Shown here: positions 25,992 to 35,631 of the stretch, one piece after another | Layout: the number at the start of each line of letters is the position of its first letter | Numbering within the stretch: the stretch's first letter is position 1 | Origin: an uncultured Eubacteriales bacterium | GTDB taxonomy: Bacteria > Bacillota > Clostridia > Oscillospirales > Acutalibacteraceae | Assembly: GCA_900315605.1 (NCBI GenBank) | Contig: OMZU01000003.1 | Coordinates: 12,057-76,056, forward strand | Direction of reading: 5' to 3' | DNA length: 64,000 nucleotides | Position numbers and translations under genes: made by a program | The notes under the pieces: generated by a model | Seen by the model: the letters and a program-made list of their open reading frames with translations, nothing else | Database searches by the model: none | Told to the model about the DNA's origin: nothing

Positions 25992-28403
25992 TCATTCGTT
26001 TGTATTCCACGTATCCCAATAATAGTGTCCTTTTTTATCTATTATAAAATGATAGTGCCCATTTCCATCGACTTCATTCTTCAGAAAATATCCGGTCGCA
26101 TAGCGGTCAAGCGGAATATCTACAGTTTGCTCTCTTTGACCGTTGCTTATACCGCTGAAAATCACATGGTCTGCTTCGGCAGGCACAGTAAATTCATACT
26201 GTTCTTCACCGAGTCCGTTTGTTCCGACCTTTTTCATCATTCCGCCGGGCCAAGCGCACATCACATATCCGGCTCCGTTCCAGCAATGGCAGTAAACTTT
26301 GTTTGTATCCCAGTGCCGTGAATTGCTGAACAGAACTTTATATTCAGAGGAAAGCGGGTTACCTTGATTTACAGAAACTGTTTCTTGTTTTGGCTGTAAA
26401 CTCTCGGGAAAAGCAGCAAGATAATACTGAATATTTGTTGCGTCATTAACAGTAACATAGCCGTCACTGTCGTAGTCCGCAAGCCCGGACTGCTTAGAAT
26501 CAAAATCTACAAAGTTAGCCAAATACTTTTGGATCTCAGTCGCATCCCCGACGTCAATAGCATAGTTGCGATCAACATCTCCTGTTTTGAAAGGATAATA
26601 CTTGTAAAACTCATTTGACAGCCATGCCGCGCGATTATTCAGCCAATCCGCCGCATATTTGAATGCTCCCTCGAAAGAATCCGTATAATAGATTTCATCC
26701 TTTCCGCCGGATTCGGTGTACTCGCCTGTGTACTTGTTGAACTCCGATTTTTTCATGCGTATATTGTGGTTTGCTATCCAATCGCTGTTTATTTTTCTTG
26801 ACCAGCCGCTTGTGTAATTCATATACGCTGAATTTTTTACCAATTCAAGATATTTTTCGGAAGTATATATCTCCTTGTCCATATTTTTGTTTTTTGTATT
26901 ACCGGTAAAGTGATCTATTGCCGGAAGAAAGCTCTCGAACCATATCCTCGGAGCAGCAGCCATGATCTGATGATTTCGGCTGATTCGGTTCATAATATTG
27001 ATCGTATAGGTCGCGTTCATACTCTTGCCCTTGTATTTACACCACCAGCCGGTCGGAAGCGTATAGTCATTTACACCCATGTCTCCGAGGTCGTCCGCAA
27101 CACCCTTGGCGTTGCCCAGAGAATTGTCGTAATCCCAAACCGGCGAGCCGTAGAATTTATAATTGCCGTTCTCGTCCGGCTTGTATACAAAATACAGGCT
27201 CGACGTGCCCGAATCCCAGTTTTTGCCAAGCTCATTGATAAGATAAAGCTTTGTAATCGAATCCACGTCGGCGTACCGAGATATATCTCCGTTGTTTGTG
27301 GTCGCGGAGTAGAACTCATTGAATTTATCCCTTACGTAATTCTTGACCTGTTCGTATGCGGGGGTTTTACTAGCAGGCTCCGGCCACTTTATTGTGATCT
27401 TGAGATCGTCCTTGCATTTTACAAAGTAATCTTCACCCTCGGTCGCCTTGGAATCGACCTCGCAAAGGAACGGAAAATCCTCCTTGACCGTTTGTTTATC
27501 GGCATTAAGATAATCAGTATCTTTGCCAAAATCCGAAATCAGCTCGGAGCTGCCTACATCAACCTTTTGACACATCTGATACGAGCCCCAGTAGAAGCCG
27601 TTGCTGTAAAAATCAACGTAGCGCGAATCGGAAGAGTAAGGAATATCGACCGCGTCGGCAAGGTCATACAGGAAGCGGTTTCTCGAAAGCGAATCGTCCT
27701 GGTAATTTGCAAGCAGCGAATATTTTTTGCCCTCGCTCATTCCGCCGACAGAAACCTTTTCTTTATATGTAATGTTAAAGGATTTTTTTGTTACACCGTT
27801 CCAGGTCGAGTTGCCCCTGCCCTTGATTTTTTTGATCGAGGTGTTGTCGATCGTCCCGTCGGGGCTTACGATCGCGCCGTCCGCCTCTGCCGAGCGGCTC
27901 TTGTCCGCTGTTAGGTAATCCATAAGATAGGTTCCCACTCCGCTTGGGTTAGCCTCTACGTTTTTGTTGTTTATGTAGATCGCGGCTTCGGCGTTGGATC
28001 TCATAAATCTCAGGCTGTTATGCGTGCCGTCCACACTGACCTGAAAGCTGTCCGTCGTGTTATAGCTTACGGTTGCGGTTTGCTTTGGCGAGATCGTAAC
28101 TCCGTTCACAGAAACGTCGGTATTAAATGCGTTGTAGATATCGACCTGAGTATCGCTTGCCGAAGAGGGCAGGAAGAAGTACTTTGACTGATCGTTCAAA
28201 TTTTTTAAATCCGTGTCGTGAACGCTCTGCCATTTCTGCCATGCCTGGGTATCGTTCGAGCCGACGACCGCGTGAACGTACAGTGCTTCATCGGTTTTGA
28301 ACGAGGGGGCAGCGACTTTTTCCTGTGCTTCTTCGGCATAAACCGCCGGGACTGCTCCTGTCAGCATAATTACCGACAAGAGGATTGATAAAAGTTTTTT
28401 CAT
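25992..28403 (-). CDS. Secreted CotH-family kinase with type I dockerin and C-terminal CBM26-like starch-binding module
   Basis: Signal peptide; KIKGRGNSTW, LLANYQD.SL.RN, PVWDYDNSLG; GDVDRNYAIDVGDATEIQKYLA..ADYDSDGYVTVNDATNIQ; VLFSNS..W...YCHCW..AWPG..M. Confidence 0.88.
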   Translation of the reverse strand: MKKLLSILLSVIMLTGAVPAVYAEEAQEKVAAPSFKTDEALYVHAVVGSNDTQAWQKWQSVHDTDLKNLNDQSKYFFLPSSASDTQVDIYNAFNTDVSVNGVTISPKQTATVSYNTTDSFQVSVDGTHNSLRFMRSNAEAAIYINNKNVEANPSGVGTYLMDYLTADKSRSAEADGAIVSPDGTIDNTSIKKIKGRGNSTWNGVTKKSFNITYKEKVSVGGMSEGKKYSLLANYQDDSLSRNRFLYDLADAVDIPYSSDSRYVDFYSNGFYWGSYQMCQKVDVGSSELISDFGKDTDYLNADKQTVKEDFPFLCEVDSKATEGEDYFVKCKDDLKITIKWPEPASKTPAYEQVKNYVRDKFNEFYSATTNNGDISRYADVDSITKLYLINELGKNWDSGTSSLYFVYKPDENGNYKFYGSPVWDYDNSLGNAKGVADDLGDMGVNDYTLPTGWWCKYKGKSMNATYTINIMNRISRNHQIMAAAPRIWFESFLPAIDHFTGNTKNKNMDKEIYTSEKYLELVKNSAYMNYTSGWSRKINSDWIANHNIRMKKSEFNKYTGEYTESGGKDEIYYTDSFEGAFKYAADWLNNRAAWLSNEFYKYYPFKTGDVDRNYAIDVGDATEIQKYLANFVDFDSKQSGLADYDSDGYVTVNDATNIQYYLAAFPESLQPKQETVSVNQGNPLSSEYKVLFSNSRHWDTNKVYCHCWNGAGYVMCAWPGGMMKKVGTNGLGEEQYEFTVPAEADHVIFSGISNGQREQTVDIPLDRYATGYFLKNEVDGNGHYHFIIDKKGHYYWDTWNTNE

Positions 28404-28658
28404 GCTTGATTGCACCTCCATGAATAAAAATATAAATTTAAAATCTTCTTTTTGCAGATTTTTTATCCCGGATACTCCACAAAAATTTAGAAAAATAGTA
28501 TAACATCTTTATTCTTTTTATTCAAGAGTTATTTCAAATATATGCAATCATATTTGCTGAAAAAAAGTGCCGGTGGGCACTCTTGCCACACTTTCCAAGC
28601 TGCACTGATAACAAAATCCGTGTTCAAAGAAGGGGACACACAGCTTCCTATAAATCAA

Positions 28659-28700
28659 AAAACGGGGCAGAAAGCTTTCGCCCTCTGCCCCAAATTTTAT
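28659..28700 (-). terminator. Terminator after CotH paralogue 1
   Basis: ggggcagaaagctttcgccctctgcccc hairpin with A-run. Confidence 0.8.
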
Positions 28701-28759
28701 TGGTTTTTGATTATAACGCCAAAGGCTGTTTGCCGAAATTCAGTGTTAAGGTTTTGATA

Positions 28760-31090
28760 CTATTCTGGTGTAACTGTCCATGTTGCCCACAGATGACGTC
28801 CGGTTATCGGTTCGGTATCCTCAAGCGCGTAGTAGCCGGTTACTGTGCGATCGAGCGGTATATTTGCCGTTTGCTCTGCGTTGTTCGTGAAGATGACACG
28901 GTCAATACCTTCCGGTACCGGGAACTTGTACTGATCCTGATCATACTCGTTCTTTCCGACATATGTCATCGGAGAGCCGGGCCAGTTCACTATCGGGGTA
29001 CCGGTGTCGCTGTACCAGCAATAGCAGTAAATCGTTCCTTCCCAGCCCAGAGAATTTGTGAACAGAACGTTGTATTCTTCTTCAGGCACGTCTGTCGGAG
29101 GATCTGCCAGCTCAGCAAGAACAAGCTGGATAAGTGTTGCGTCGTTAATATTAACTACCTTGTCGCGGTTGTAGTCTGCAAGCTTGTATTGTTCAAAGTC
29201 AAGCGTTTCAAGATCTGCCAAATGCTTTTGGATCTCGGTAACGTCGCCGATGTCAAGTGTTCCGTTGCGGTTTACGTCGCCGGGTTCGTGCGATGGAACA
29301 TAGGAGCTGTAATACTGCTTTGACAGCCATGCAGCACGATAATTGAGCCAGTCGGCCGCATAATTGAACACGCCGGAGAAGGTGTTTGGATAATACTTGT
29401 TTTCGTATTCTGTGTATACGCCTGTGTAATCGTTGAACTCAGCCCTCTTGAGCATTGTGTGATCGGCTACCCAGCCGCTTGTTTTGATTGCCCAGCCGCT
29501 GGTGTAGTTCATGTTTGCGGAATCCTCGATCAAAGTAAGATAGTCGCTTGCCTGATAAAGCTCTTTGTTGATGGCTGCGCTCGGGACCTTGCCGGTGAAG
29601 TGATTTACCGCAGGAAGGAAGCACTCGAACCAAATTCTGGGTGAAGCTTCAATGATCTGTTCATTGCGGCAGATCCTGTTCATAACGTTGTTTGTGTAGT
29701 TTGAATTTCTGCTCTTGCCCTTGTATTTGCACCACCAGCCGGTCGGAAGAGTATAGTCGGTCACGCCCATGTTTGAAAGATCGCCGCCTACGCCGACTGC
29801 GTTGCCCAGCGAGTTGTCATAGTCCCATACAGGCGAGCCGAAGAATTTGTAGTTGCCGTCTGCGTCCTGCTTGTGAACAAGGTACATACTAGACGCACCG
29901 GAATCCCAGTTTTTGCCAAGCTCATTAATGAAATAAAGCTTTGTAAGAGAGTCAACATCGCCGTATTGTGAAATATCTCCGTTTTGGGTCGTTGTAGCAT
30001 AGAATCTGTTGAACCTGTCTCTTACGTAATTCTTGACCTCGTCGTAGCCGGGATCGCCAACCTCAAGCTCGGGAGCCTTGATCGTGATTTTGAGATTGTC
30101 GGAACAGGTCACAAAGTAATCCTCGCCCTCCTTTGCGCTGGCGTCAACCTCGCAAAGGAACGGGAAGTCCTCTTTAACAGTGTCGTCTGCGTTGAGGTAA
30201 TCGTCCTCGTCAAAGTCCGGAACAAGCTCCGAGCTGCCGACCTCGATCTTCTGGGTCATCTGATATGAGCCCCAGTAGAAGCCGTTGCTGTAAAAATCAA
30301 CATAGCGTGAATCGGAAGCATAGGGAATGTTTACCGCGTCGCCGAGATCATAGAGGATTCGGTTTCTTGAAAGAGAGTCATCCTGGAAATTTGCAAGGAT
30401 AGAATATTTCTTTCCCTTGGGCATTCCGCCGATAGAAACCTTGCTGTTATATGTGATGTTAAACGGCTTCTTCGAGACGTTGTTCCAGGTTGTGTTACCT
30501 CTGCCCTTGATTTTCTTGATAGCTGTGTTGTCTATCTTTCCGTCGGGGTCAACTATCGCGCCGTCAGCCTTTGCCGAGCGGCTCTTGTCAGCCGTGAGGT
30601 AGTCCATAAGATAGGTTCCCACTCCGCTTGCGTTGCCCTCGATGTTAGTATTGTTTATATAAATCGCAGCTTCGGCATGAGATTTCATAAATCTAAGGCT
30701 GTAATGTGTGCCGTTCACATTGACAGGATAGCTGTTTGTTGTGTTATAGCTTACGGTTGCGGTTTGCTTTGACGGGATGGCAACTCCGTTCACGGTTACG
30801 CCGGTATTAAAAGCGTTGTAGATATCGACCTGAGTATCGCTTGCCGAGGAAGGCAGGAAGAAATACTTTTCCTGATTATTAGCAACGTTAAAATCCATAT
30901 CGTGAACGCTCTGCCAAGCCTGCCAAGCCTGGGTATCATCAGAACCTACAACAGCGTGAACATACAGCGCGTTCACGGCGTTGAAGGAGGGAGCGGCTGT
31001 GGGATCCCCCTCTGCTGCCGCGGCGGGAAACGCCGGGATCACGCCAATCAGCATAATTGCCGAAAGAACGATTGATAATAGTTTTTTCAT
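28760..31090 (-). CDS. Secreted CotH-family kinase with dockerin and CBM26-like module (tandem paralogue)
   Basis: Same architecture: KIKGRGNTTW, SPVWDYDNSLG, GDVNRNGTLDIGDVTEIQKHLA..ADYNRDKVVNINDATLIQ, VLFTNSLGW...YCYCW..NWPG.PM. Confidence 0.88.
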   Translation of the reverse strand: MKKLLSIVLSAIMLIGVIPAFPAAAAEGDPTAAPSFNAVNALYVHAVVGSDDTQAWQAWQSVHDMDFNVANNQEKYFFLPSSASDTQVDIYNAFNTGVTVNGVAIPSKQTATVSYNTTNSYPVNVNGTHYSLRFMKSHAEAAIYINNTNIEGNASGVGTYLMDYLTADKSRSAKADGAIVDPDGKIDNTAIKKIKGRGNTTWNNVSKKPFNITYNSKVSIGGMPKGKKYSILANFQDDSLSRNRILYDLGDAVNIPYASDSRYVDFYSNGFYWGSYQMTQKIEVGSSELVPDFDEDDYLNADDTVKEDFPFLCEVDASAKEGEDYFVTCSDNLKITIKAPELEVGDPGYDEVKNYVRDRFNRFYATTTQNGDISQYGDVDSLTKLYFINELGKNWDSGASSMYLVHKQDADGNYKFFGSPVWDYDNSLGNAVGVGGDLSNMGVTDYTLPTGWWCKYKGKSRNSNYTNNVMNRICRNEQIIEASPRIWFECFLPAVNHFTGKVPSAAINKELYQASDYLTLIEDSANMNYTSGWAIKTSGWVADHTMLKRAEFNDYTGVYTEYENKYYPNTFSGVFNYAADWLNYRAAWLSKQYYSSYVPSHEPGDVNRNGTLDIGDVTEIQKHLADLETLDFEQYKLADYNRDKVVNINDATLIQLVLAELADPPTDVPEEEYNVLFTNSLGWEGTIYCYCWYSDTGTPIVNWPGSPMTYVGKNEYDQDQYKFPVPEGIDRVIFTNNAEQTANIPLDRTVTGYYALEDTEPITGRHLWATWTVTPE

Positions 31091-31337
31091 AATAATTGCA
31101 CCTCCGTTTTTTAAATAAAAATTCTGCAATAATCCACAAAAATATTATAACATTATTTTTGTTTTTATGCAAGAGATATTTCGTATTCGTACAAACTTTG
31201 CCTATAAATAAAAAATTTCTGGTTAAAAATAGCTTTTTTCACCGAAAATTCATATAGATTTCACTAAATATATCTTTATTTTTTTCTTTGGATTTGATAT
31301 AATAAAGCTGTAATATTTTTTGCAAAGGAAGTGGAGT

Positions 31338-32318
31338 ATGCAAAACAATAAAAAAACCGGCTTTCTCGCTGTAGCTCTCGCTTCGCTGATAGTCGCTTCA
31401 ACAGCAACAGCCAGCGTATTATCGGGATGCGGCGGAAACGAGGACACCGACGAAACCGTTGCGGTTACGGAAACCAGCGTGGTTTCAAGAGTTGTTGACG
31501 GAGTTTATACCGACGAATTCGGTAACATTCTTTCAACGACCCCGGACGGCAAAAAACAAGAGAACGCGGGGGGAACGGTAAGCCCCGAGGCTCTTAAAAA
31601 GGCTAAGGAAAACGACGAAAAAAGTAACGTCGATTCCAAAGCCGACAACAAGGATCCCGAAAAATCCGAAAACGACGAAAAGCAGGACAACGACAAAAAG
31701 TCGGACAGCAAATCAGAAAAATCCGAAAACGGAGGCGGCAGCAATAACGACGCCGCAGACTCCGACGACGGCAGAGGCATAACCGACATTAACCAGCAGA
31801 CCGCCGAGCAAAGAAAGGAATTTGAAGAAGCCAAGAAGAATATTGAGGAGCAAAAGCCAAACCGCGATAACGAAAAGATCGAAAGCTCCAAGGAACTGAT
31901 CCTTGACGGAAACAAGTACCAAATCGGCGACACCGTAACCTGCGTTTATACCCTCAGCGCACCCGAAAAGCTTCAGAACTTTCAGGGCGAGATCTCTTAT
32001 GACAACAGCAAGATCAACTGCGTAAGAGCATGGCTTGACGGAAGTGCCGCCTATGGCGGATTGCTTAACTACAAGCTTGACGGAAAGATCAAGTTTAACG
32101 GTGTTAATATCGGCTCGGGCTTTAAGTACAACAGCGAGGGCAACTTTATTATCGCTGTGTTTGAGGTCACTGATTCAGGCAAGGTTGACACAAGTCTTGA
32201 CTGGCAGGTAGTTACAGGCGTTTCCGGCGACAAGCTTGTTACAGACGGCAAGGCTGTTGACGGACTGACTGTTAACAAGAGCTACACCTACGGCGATACT
32301 AAATACGAGGACGAATAA
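31338..32318 (+). CDS. Lipoprotein with charged low-complexity linker and C-terminal cohesin-like domain
   Basis: LSGC lipobox; K/D/E/S/N-rich spacer; GDTVT.VY.L..Q..I.YD...G.IKFN..FEV..G pattern recalls Ruminococcus cohesins. Confidence 0.6.
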   Translation: MQNNKKTGFLAVALASLIVASTATASVLSGCGGNEDTDETVAVTETSVVSRVVDGVYTDEFGNILSTTPDGKKQENAGGTVSPEALKKAKENDEKSNVDSKADNKDPEKSENDEKQDNDKKSDSKSEKSENGGGSNNDAADSDDGRGITDINQQTAEQRKEFEEAKKNIEEQKPNRDNEKIESSKELILDGNKYQIGDTVTCVYTLSAPEKLQNFQGEISYDNSKINCVRAWLDGSAAYGGLLNYKLDGKIKFNGVNIGSGFKYNSEGNFIIAVFEVTDSGKVDTSLDWQVVTGVSGDKLVTDGKAVDGLTVNKSYTYGDTKYEDE

Positions 32319-32334
32319 TCTCTGATAATCATAA

Positions 32335-32373
32335 ACATCAACGCCGCATCGGACTTCGATGCGGCGTTGATGT
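32335..32373. terminator. Terminator between convergent genes
   Basis: catcaacgccgcatcg gactt cgatgcggcgttgatg 16-bp stem. Confidence 0.9.
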
Positions 32374-32393
32374 TTTATGCTAAACGAATTTGT

Positions 32394-33086
32394 CTACTGT
32401 TCCTCATTTTCTTCACGGCTTACATAATTATCAGATCTCATGCTGACCATGCTTGCCGCAGCGGTGGTGCTTGTGGCTTTGTTAAGATTGATCCACTGAT
32501 CCTTTTCCTCAGCCATGACGCGCTCGATCCTTACCAGGAAGATTTTTTCCTTTAGGTCGGCAATAGTCTCTGAGTTAAACGGCTTTGAGGAGTCACATTC
32601 TTCTTCAAATGTCTTTTTTAGCGAAGCGTAGCTGTAGTCGCCTGTACACGAGAGAAAAAGGCTGAGCTCTGTGTGCATTGTTTCGGCTGTGGTGCGGAAC
32701 TGAATCCATTTTTGCTGCACCTTAAAGAGGGTAAGCAGCGACGTGCAAATCGCCGTGAGCGCGGACAATATGCTGACGGTCAGCTTTACAACAAAATTTT
32801 CGGTAAAAGCGGAAAGCACCGTTACCGCCGTGGGCAAAACAATGGCTATGATGCTCAGGAGATAGAACATCTTTTTGCACTTTCTGGCACTTTGATGATA
32901 CCAGTACACCGACTGGATAAAGCGTTTTCTTGTGTATTCGTTTCTAAAGATGCATTCCCCATTTTCAAAAACCATATCATACAGCTTGCGAAAATCGCCG
33001 CTTTTTTCAAGGTCGTTTTGAAGATCCTCTTCGGTATATTCCTTGGGCGTCTTGGTCTTTTTGGCTTTTTTGTTCTCGTCTTTCAT
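32394..33086 (-). CDS. DUF4231 / SLATT-family two-TM protein
   Basis: W..Y..SA..K..F then two TM helices, W..FRTTAE....E...F....G.Y motif. Confidence 0.8.
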   Translation of the reverse strand: MKDENKKAKKTKTPKEYTEEDLQNDLEKSGDFRKLYDMVFENGECIFRNEYTRKRFIQSVYWYHQSARKCKKMFYLLSIIAIVLPTAVTVLSAFTENFVVKLTVSILSALTAICTSLLTLFKVQQKWIQFRTTAETMHTELSLFLSCTGDYSYASLKKTFEEECDSSKPFNSETIADLKEKIFLVRIERVMAEEKDQWINLNKATSTTAAASMVSMRSDNYVSREENEEQ

Positions 33087-33217
33087 TTTTCCACTCCCCT
33101 TATTTTTCTGTTTTTATGGTATCACAATTCGAGCTTTTTTGCAACAGTATCGAGCAACAACGAATAATTCGAGCCGCAGGACATATAATAATACCGAATA
33201 AACAACGGAGGGGTCAT

Positions 33218-33676
33218 ATGTCAAAACTAAAAATCTATATCCGCTCGATACTTATTCCCGTCGCGCTGGGAGCTGTGGTCGGCTTTTTGACCGCGGGCTC
33301 AATGGATTATCAAAGTCTGCAAAAGCCTGCCCTTGCACCGCCGGGGATCTTGTTTCCGATAGTCTGGTCAATACTCTATGTCCTGATGGGCATATCCTAT
33401 GGGATATTAACGGAAAAGGGTCTGCTTGAGCCAAAGCTTTCGGCTGTTTATTATATTCAGCTCGGAGTGAATCTTTTGTGGCCGATCTTATTCTTTACGC
33501 TTGAATGGAGACTGTTTGCGTTTGTCTGGATCCTACTGCTTGACGCGCTTGTTGCGGCTATGGTAGTTTTGTTTTACCGCAAAAACAAGCTTGCCGGACT
33601 TTTGCAGCTTCCGTATCTTGCATGGGTGCTGTTTGCAAGCTATTTGAATCTCGCTTTCTTTATTCTTAACGGCTGA
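33218..33676 (+). CDS. tspO: TspO/MBR-family membrane protein
   Basis: Y..L.KP..APPG..FP.VW..LY.LMG, QL..N..W...FF, LPYLAW..FASYLN. Confidence 0.92.
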   Translation: MSKLKIYIRSILIPVALGAVVGFLTAGSMDYQSLQKPALAPPGILFPIVWSILYVLMGISYGILTEKGLLEPKLSAVYYIQLGVNLLWPILFFTLEWRLFAFVWILLLDALVAAMVVLFYRKNKLAGLLQLPYLAWVLFASYLNLAFFILNG

Positions 33677-33681
33677 CGATC

Positions 33682-33762
33682 AAAGCCCGGCTGAAAGGCG
33701 ATTTGCCGATCAGTCGGGCTTATTGTTTAGGCAATACCGCATAATTTAGGTGTGCGGTGTTG
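33682..33762. terminator. Two hairpins between tspO and sortases; second is a collapsed family A copy
   Basis: aagcccggctga..tcagtcgggctt; taggcaataccgcataatt at 33728-33746 pairing with gtgcggtgttg. Confidence 0.75.
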
Positions 33763-33765
33763 TTT

Positions 33766-34569
33766 TTATTGTTTTTCGCAAATAACAAGGTATCGGTTAA
33801 ACAAGCCGTTTCCGGCAGGAACGCAGGTTATCAGAGTGAGAAGCTGGCGGTCTTTTTTGATATAGACATCCGTGCTGTTGTTAGGCAAAACCACCTTGGT
33901 TTCGATCACTTGGTAGTCGATCTGATCCCAGTAATTGGTTATTGTTACCGTGTCGCCGATCGAGAGGCCTCGCAGATTGTCAAAGAAGATCCTTCCGATA
34001 TAGCCTGTATGTCCGGCAATGGCGCAGTTGGTGTTTGTATCGTTGAGCGGAAGCGAGGTGCTTGCAAGATGCGCCGCGCCGTAGCTCATCATATAATCGT
34101 TCGCTCCCAAATAAACGGGCAGTCTCATTCCGATCGTAGGCGCGGAAATATAGCAGTACACGCCGTCGTAGATCCCGTAATCTGACAGGTCAAGCACAGC
34201 CTCGGAATAGTCCAGATCATAGACAGTGCCCTGACCCTTTTTCAGCCTATTGTTGTATGCCACGCTGTCGTTATAAAGCCGCTCCAAATCAATGGCAAAC
34301 ACGATTCTTTCTTCGGATATGCGCACGCCCTCTTCGTTGATCGGGTAGCCCTCTTCGTCTATATAGCCTTTTTCCCGGGCTTCTTCGGCTGTTTCAACAT
34401 CCTTGTAGGTCTCTACCGCAGATTCCTTTGACTTGTCGAACGTGTCGGATATCGATTCAGCCTGTAGCTTTCCGATATGATTTGAAACCGGAGGAAAAAG
34501 CAGAAAGCCCATGCCTGTCAAAAGCATTAATGACGCAATGATCGTAAGGATCTTTTTCCACATAATCAC
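33766..34569 (-). CDS. Class C sortase
   Basis: N-terminal TM with FPPVSN, GAAHL..TSLP, IAGH, LTLITC..R. Confidence 0.88.
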   Translation of the reverse strand: MIMWKKILTIIASLMLLTGMGFLLFPPVSNHIGKLQAESISDTFDKSKESAVETYKDVETAEEAREKGYIDEEGYPINEEGVRISEERIVFAIDLERLYNDSVAYNNRLKKGQGTVYDLDYSEAVLDLSDYGIYDGVYCYISAPTIGMRLPVYLGANDYMMSYGAAHLASTSLPLNDTNTNCAIAGHTGYIGRIFFDNLRGLSIGDTVTITNYWDQIDYQVIETKVVLPNNSTDVYIKKDRQLLTLITCVPAGNGLFNRYLVICEKQ

Positions 34570-35489
34570 ACCTCACCCTTGTCAAGCTCAGCCGATTGTT
34601 CCTTTGAAGCAACGTGTTTTCCTTTTTTGCGGCGTGAAACGATTATCAAAACAATAATCACAATAAGCAGTACAAATGAACCGAGAATGATTCCTATTGT
34701 TAGGTACGAAAGCTTGTAGCCAAAGAAGAACATTCCGTCGTTTCCGGCGTTCATAGTTACACCGGATGGCATATCATCGCCCTCGTCGGGTTCATATTCA
34801 ACTCTTTCTCCCCTGACAAGCAAACGGTGGGTGTTGATCGTATAGGGGGTGCAGGTCAGCAGCGTTACATAATCCTTGCCTTCGATCACGTGCAGATCCT
34901 GTGTTTCGGTGGGCAAAATGACCTTGATTTGATCCACCTGATATTTGAGCGTGCGGTTGAGGACATGAATATAAAATTCGTCGCCCTCCTCCATCTCTAC
35001 CAAATAGTCAAAAAAGGTCTCGGTTGGAAACGCACTGTGCGCAGAGATAACGCTGTGGGTGCTCGGACCGCCGATCGGAAGCGCGGTGTTTTCGAGGTGA
35101 CCGGCTCCCTTGGTCAAGATCTCGGTTGAGGTTCCGTGATATATCGGCAAAAAAACATTGATTTTCGGAATATCTATGTATCCAATCAAGCCCTTGTCGT
35201 TTGTGTTAAAGGTTTCCATATAACGCGCGCCGATTTTGGCGTAGCTTTCCTCGTCAAATGGGTCGGTGAGGATAACTGTGTTGAGCAGGCTCTGGTTGTA
35301 TTCCTCAGCCTCGGCGAACATAGCCTTGATATCCTCGGGATCTTCTTTTTTGGCGTCGTCAAAATAAGCTGCCGCGTGGCTGCGCATTTCAATATTGTTT
35401 GCAACCGAGCTTATGAGCGGATAGGTGAGGATCCCCAAACCAATAGTAAAAATCAGCAAAATTATAATAATAGGTATAGCTTTTTTCAT
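34566..35489 (-). CDS. Class C sortase with DPF lid and C-terminal TM
   Basis: YPLIS, LTDPF lid, GAGHLE.T.LP.GG.STHSVISAH, VTLLTCTPY.INTHRLLVRG. Confidence 0.93.
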   Translation of the reverse strand: MKKAIPIIIILLIFTIGLGILTYPLISSVANNIEMRSHAAAYFDDAKKEDPEDIKAMFAEAEEYNQSLLNTVILTDPFDEESYAKIGARYMETFNTNDKGLIGYIDIPKINVFLPIYHGTSTEILTKGAGHLENTALPIGGPSTHSVISAHSAFPTETFFDYLVEMEEGDEFYIHVLNRTLKYQVDQIKVILPTETQDLHVIEGKDYVTLLTCTPYTINTHRLLVRGERVEYEPDEGDDMPSGVTMNAGNDGMFFFGYKLSYLTIGIILGSFVLLIVIIVLIIVSRRKKGKHVASKEQSAELDKGEV

Positions 35490-35631
35490 TTTGGATTCCT
35501 TTTCGTTTAGCATTTGATAGTATTATACACCTAACCATACTATTTTTCAATGGTAATACAACAAAATATTATCTGCACAAAAAGGCTCCGAACCCACACC
35601 GGATCCGGAGCTGTTTTATGTTGTTTTATTA

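Noticed and set aside
26910-27914. 334-aa plus-strand ORF (and similar shadows of accC, adhE, yicC)
   Set aside because: Antisense to well-supported genes
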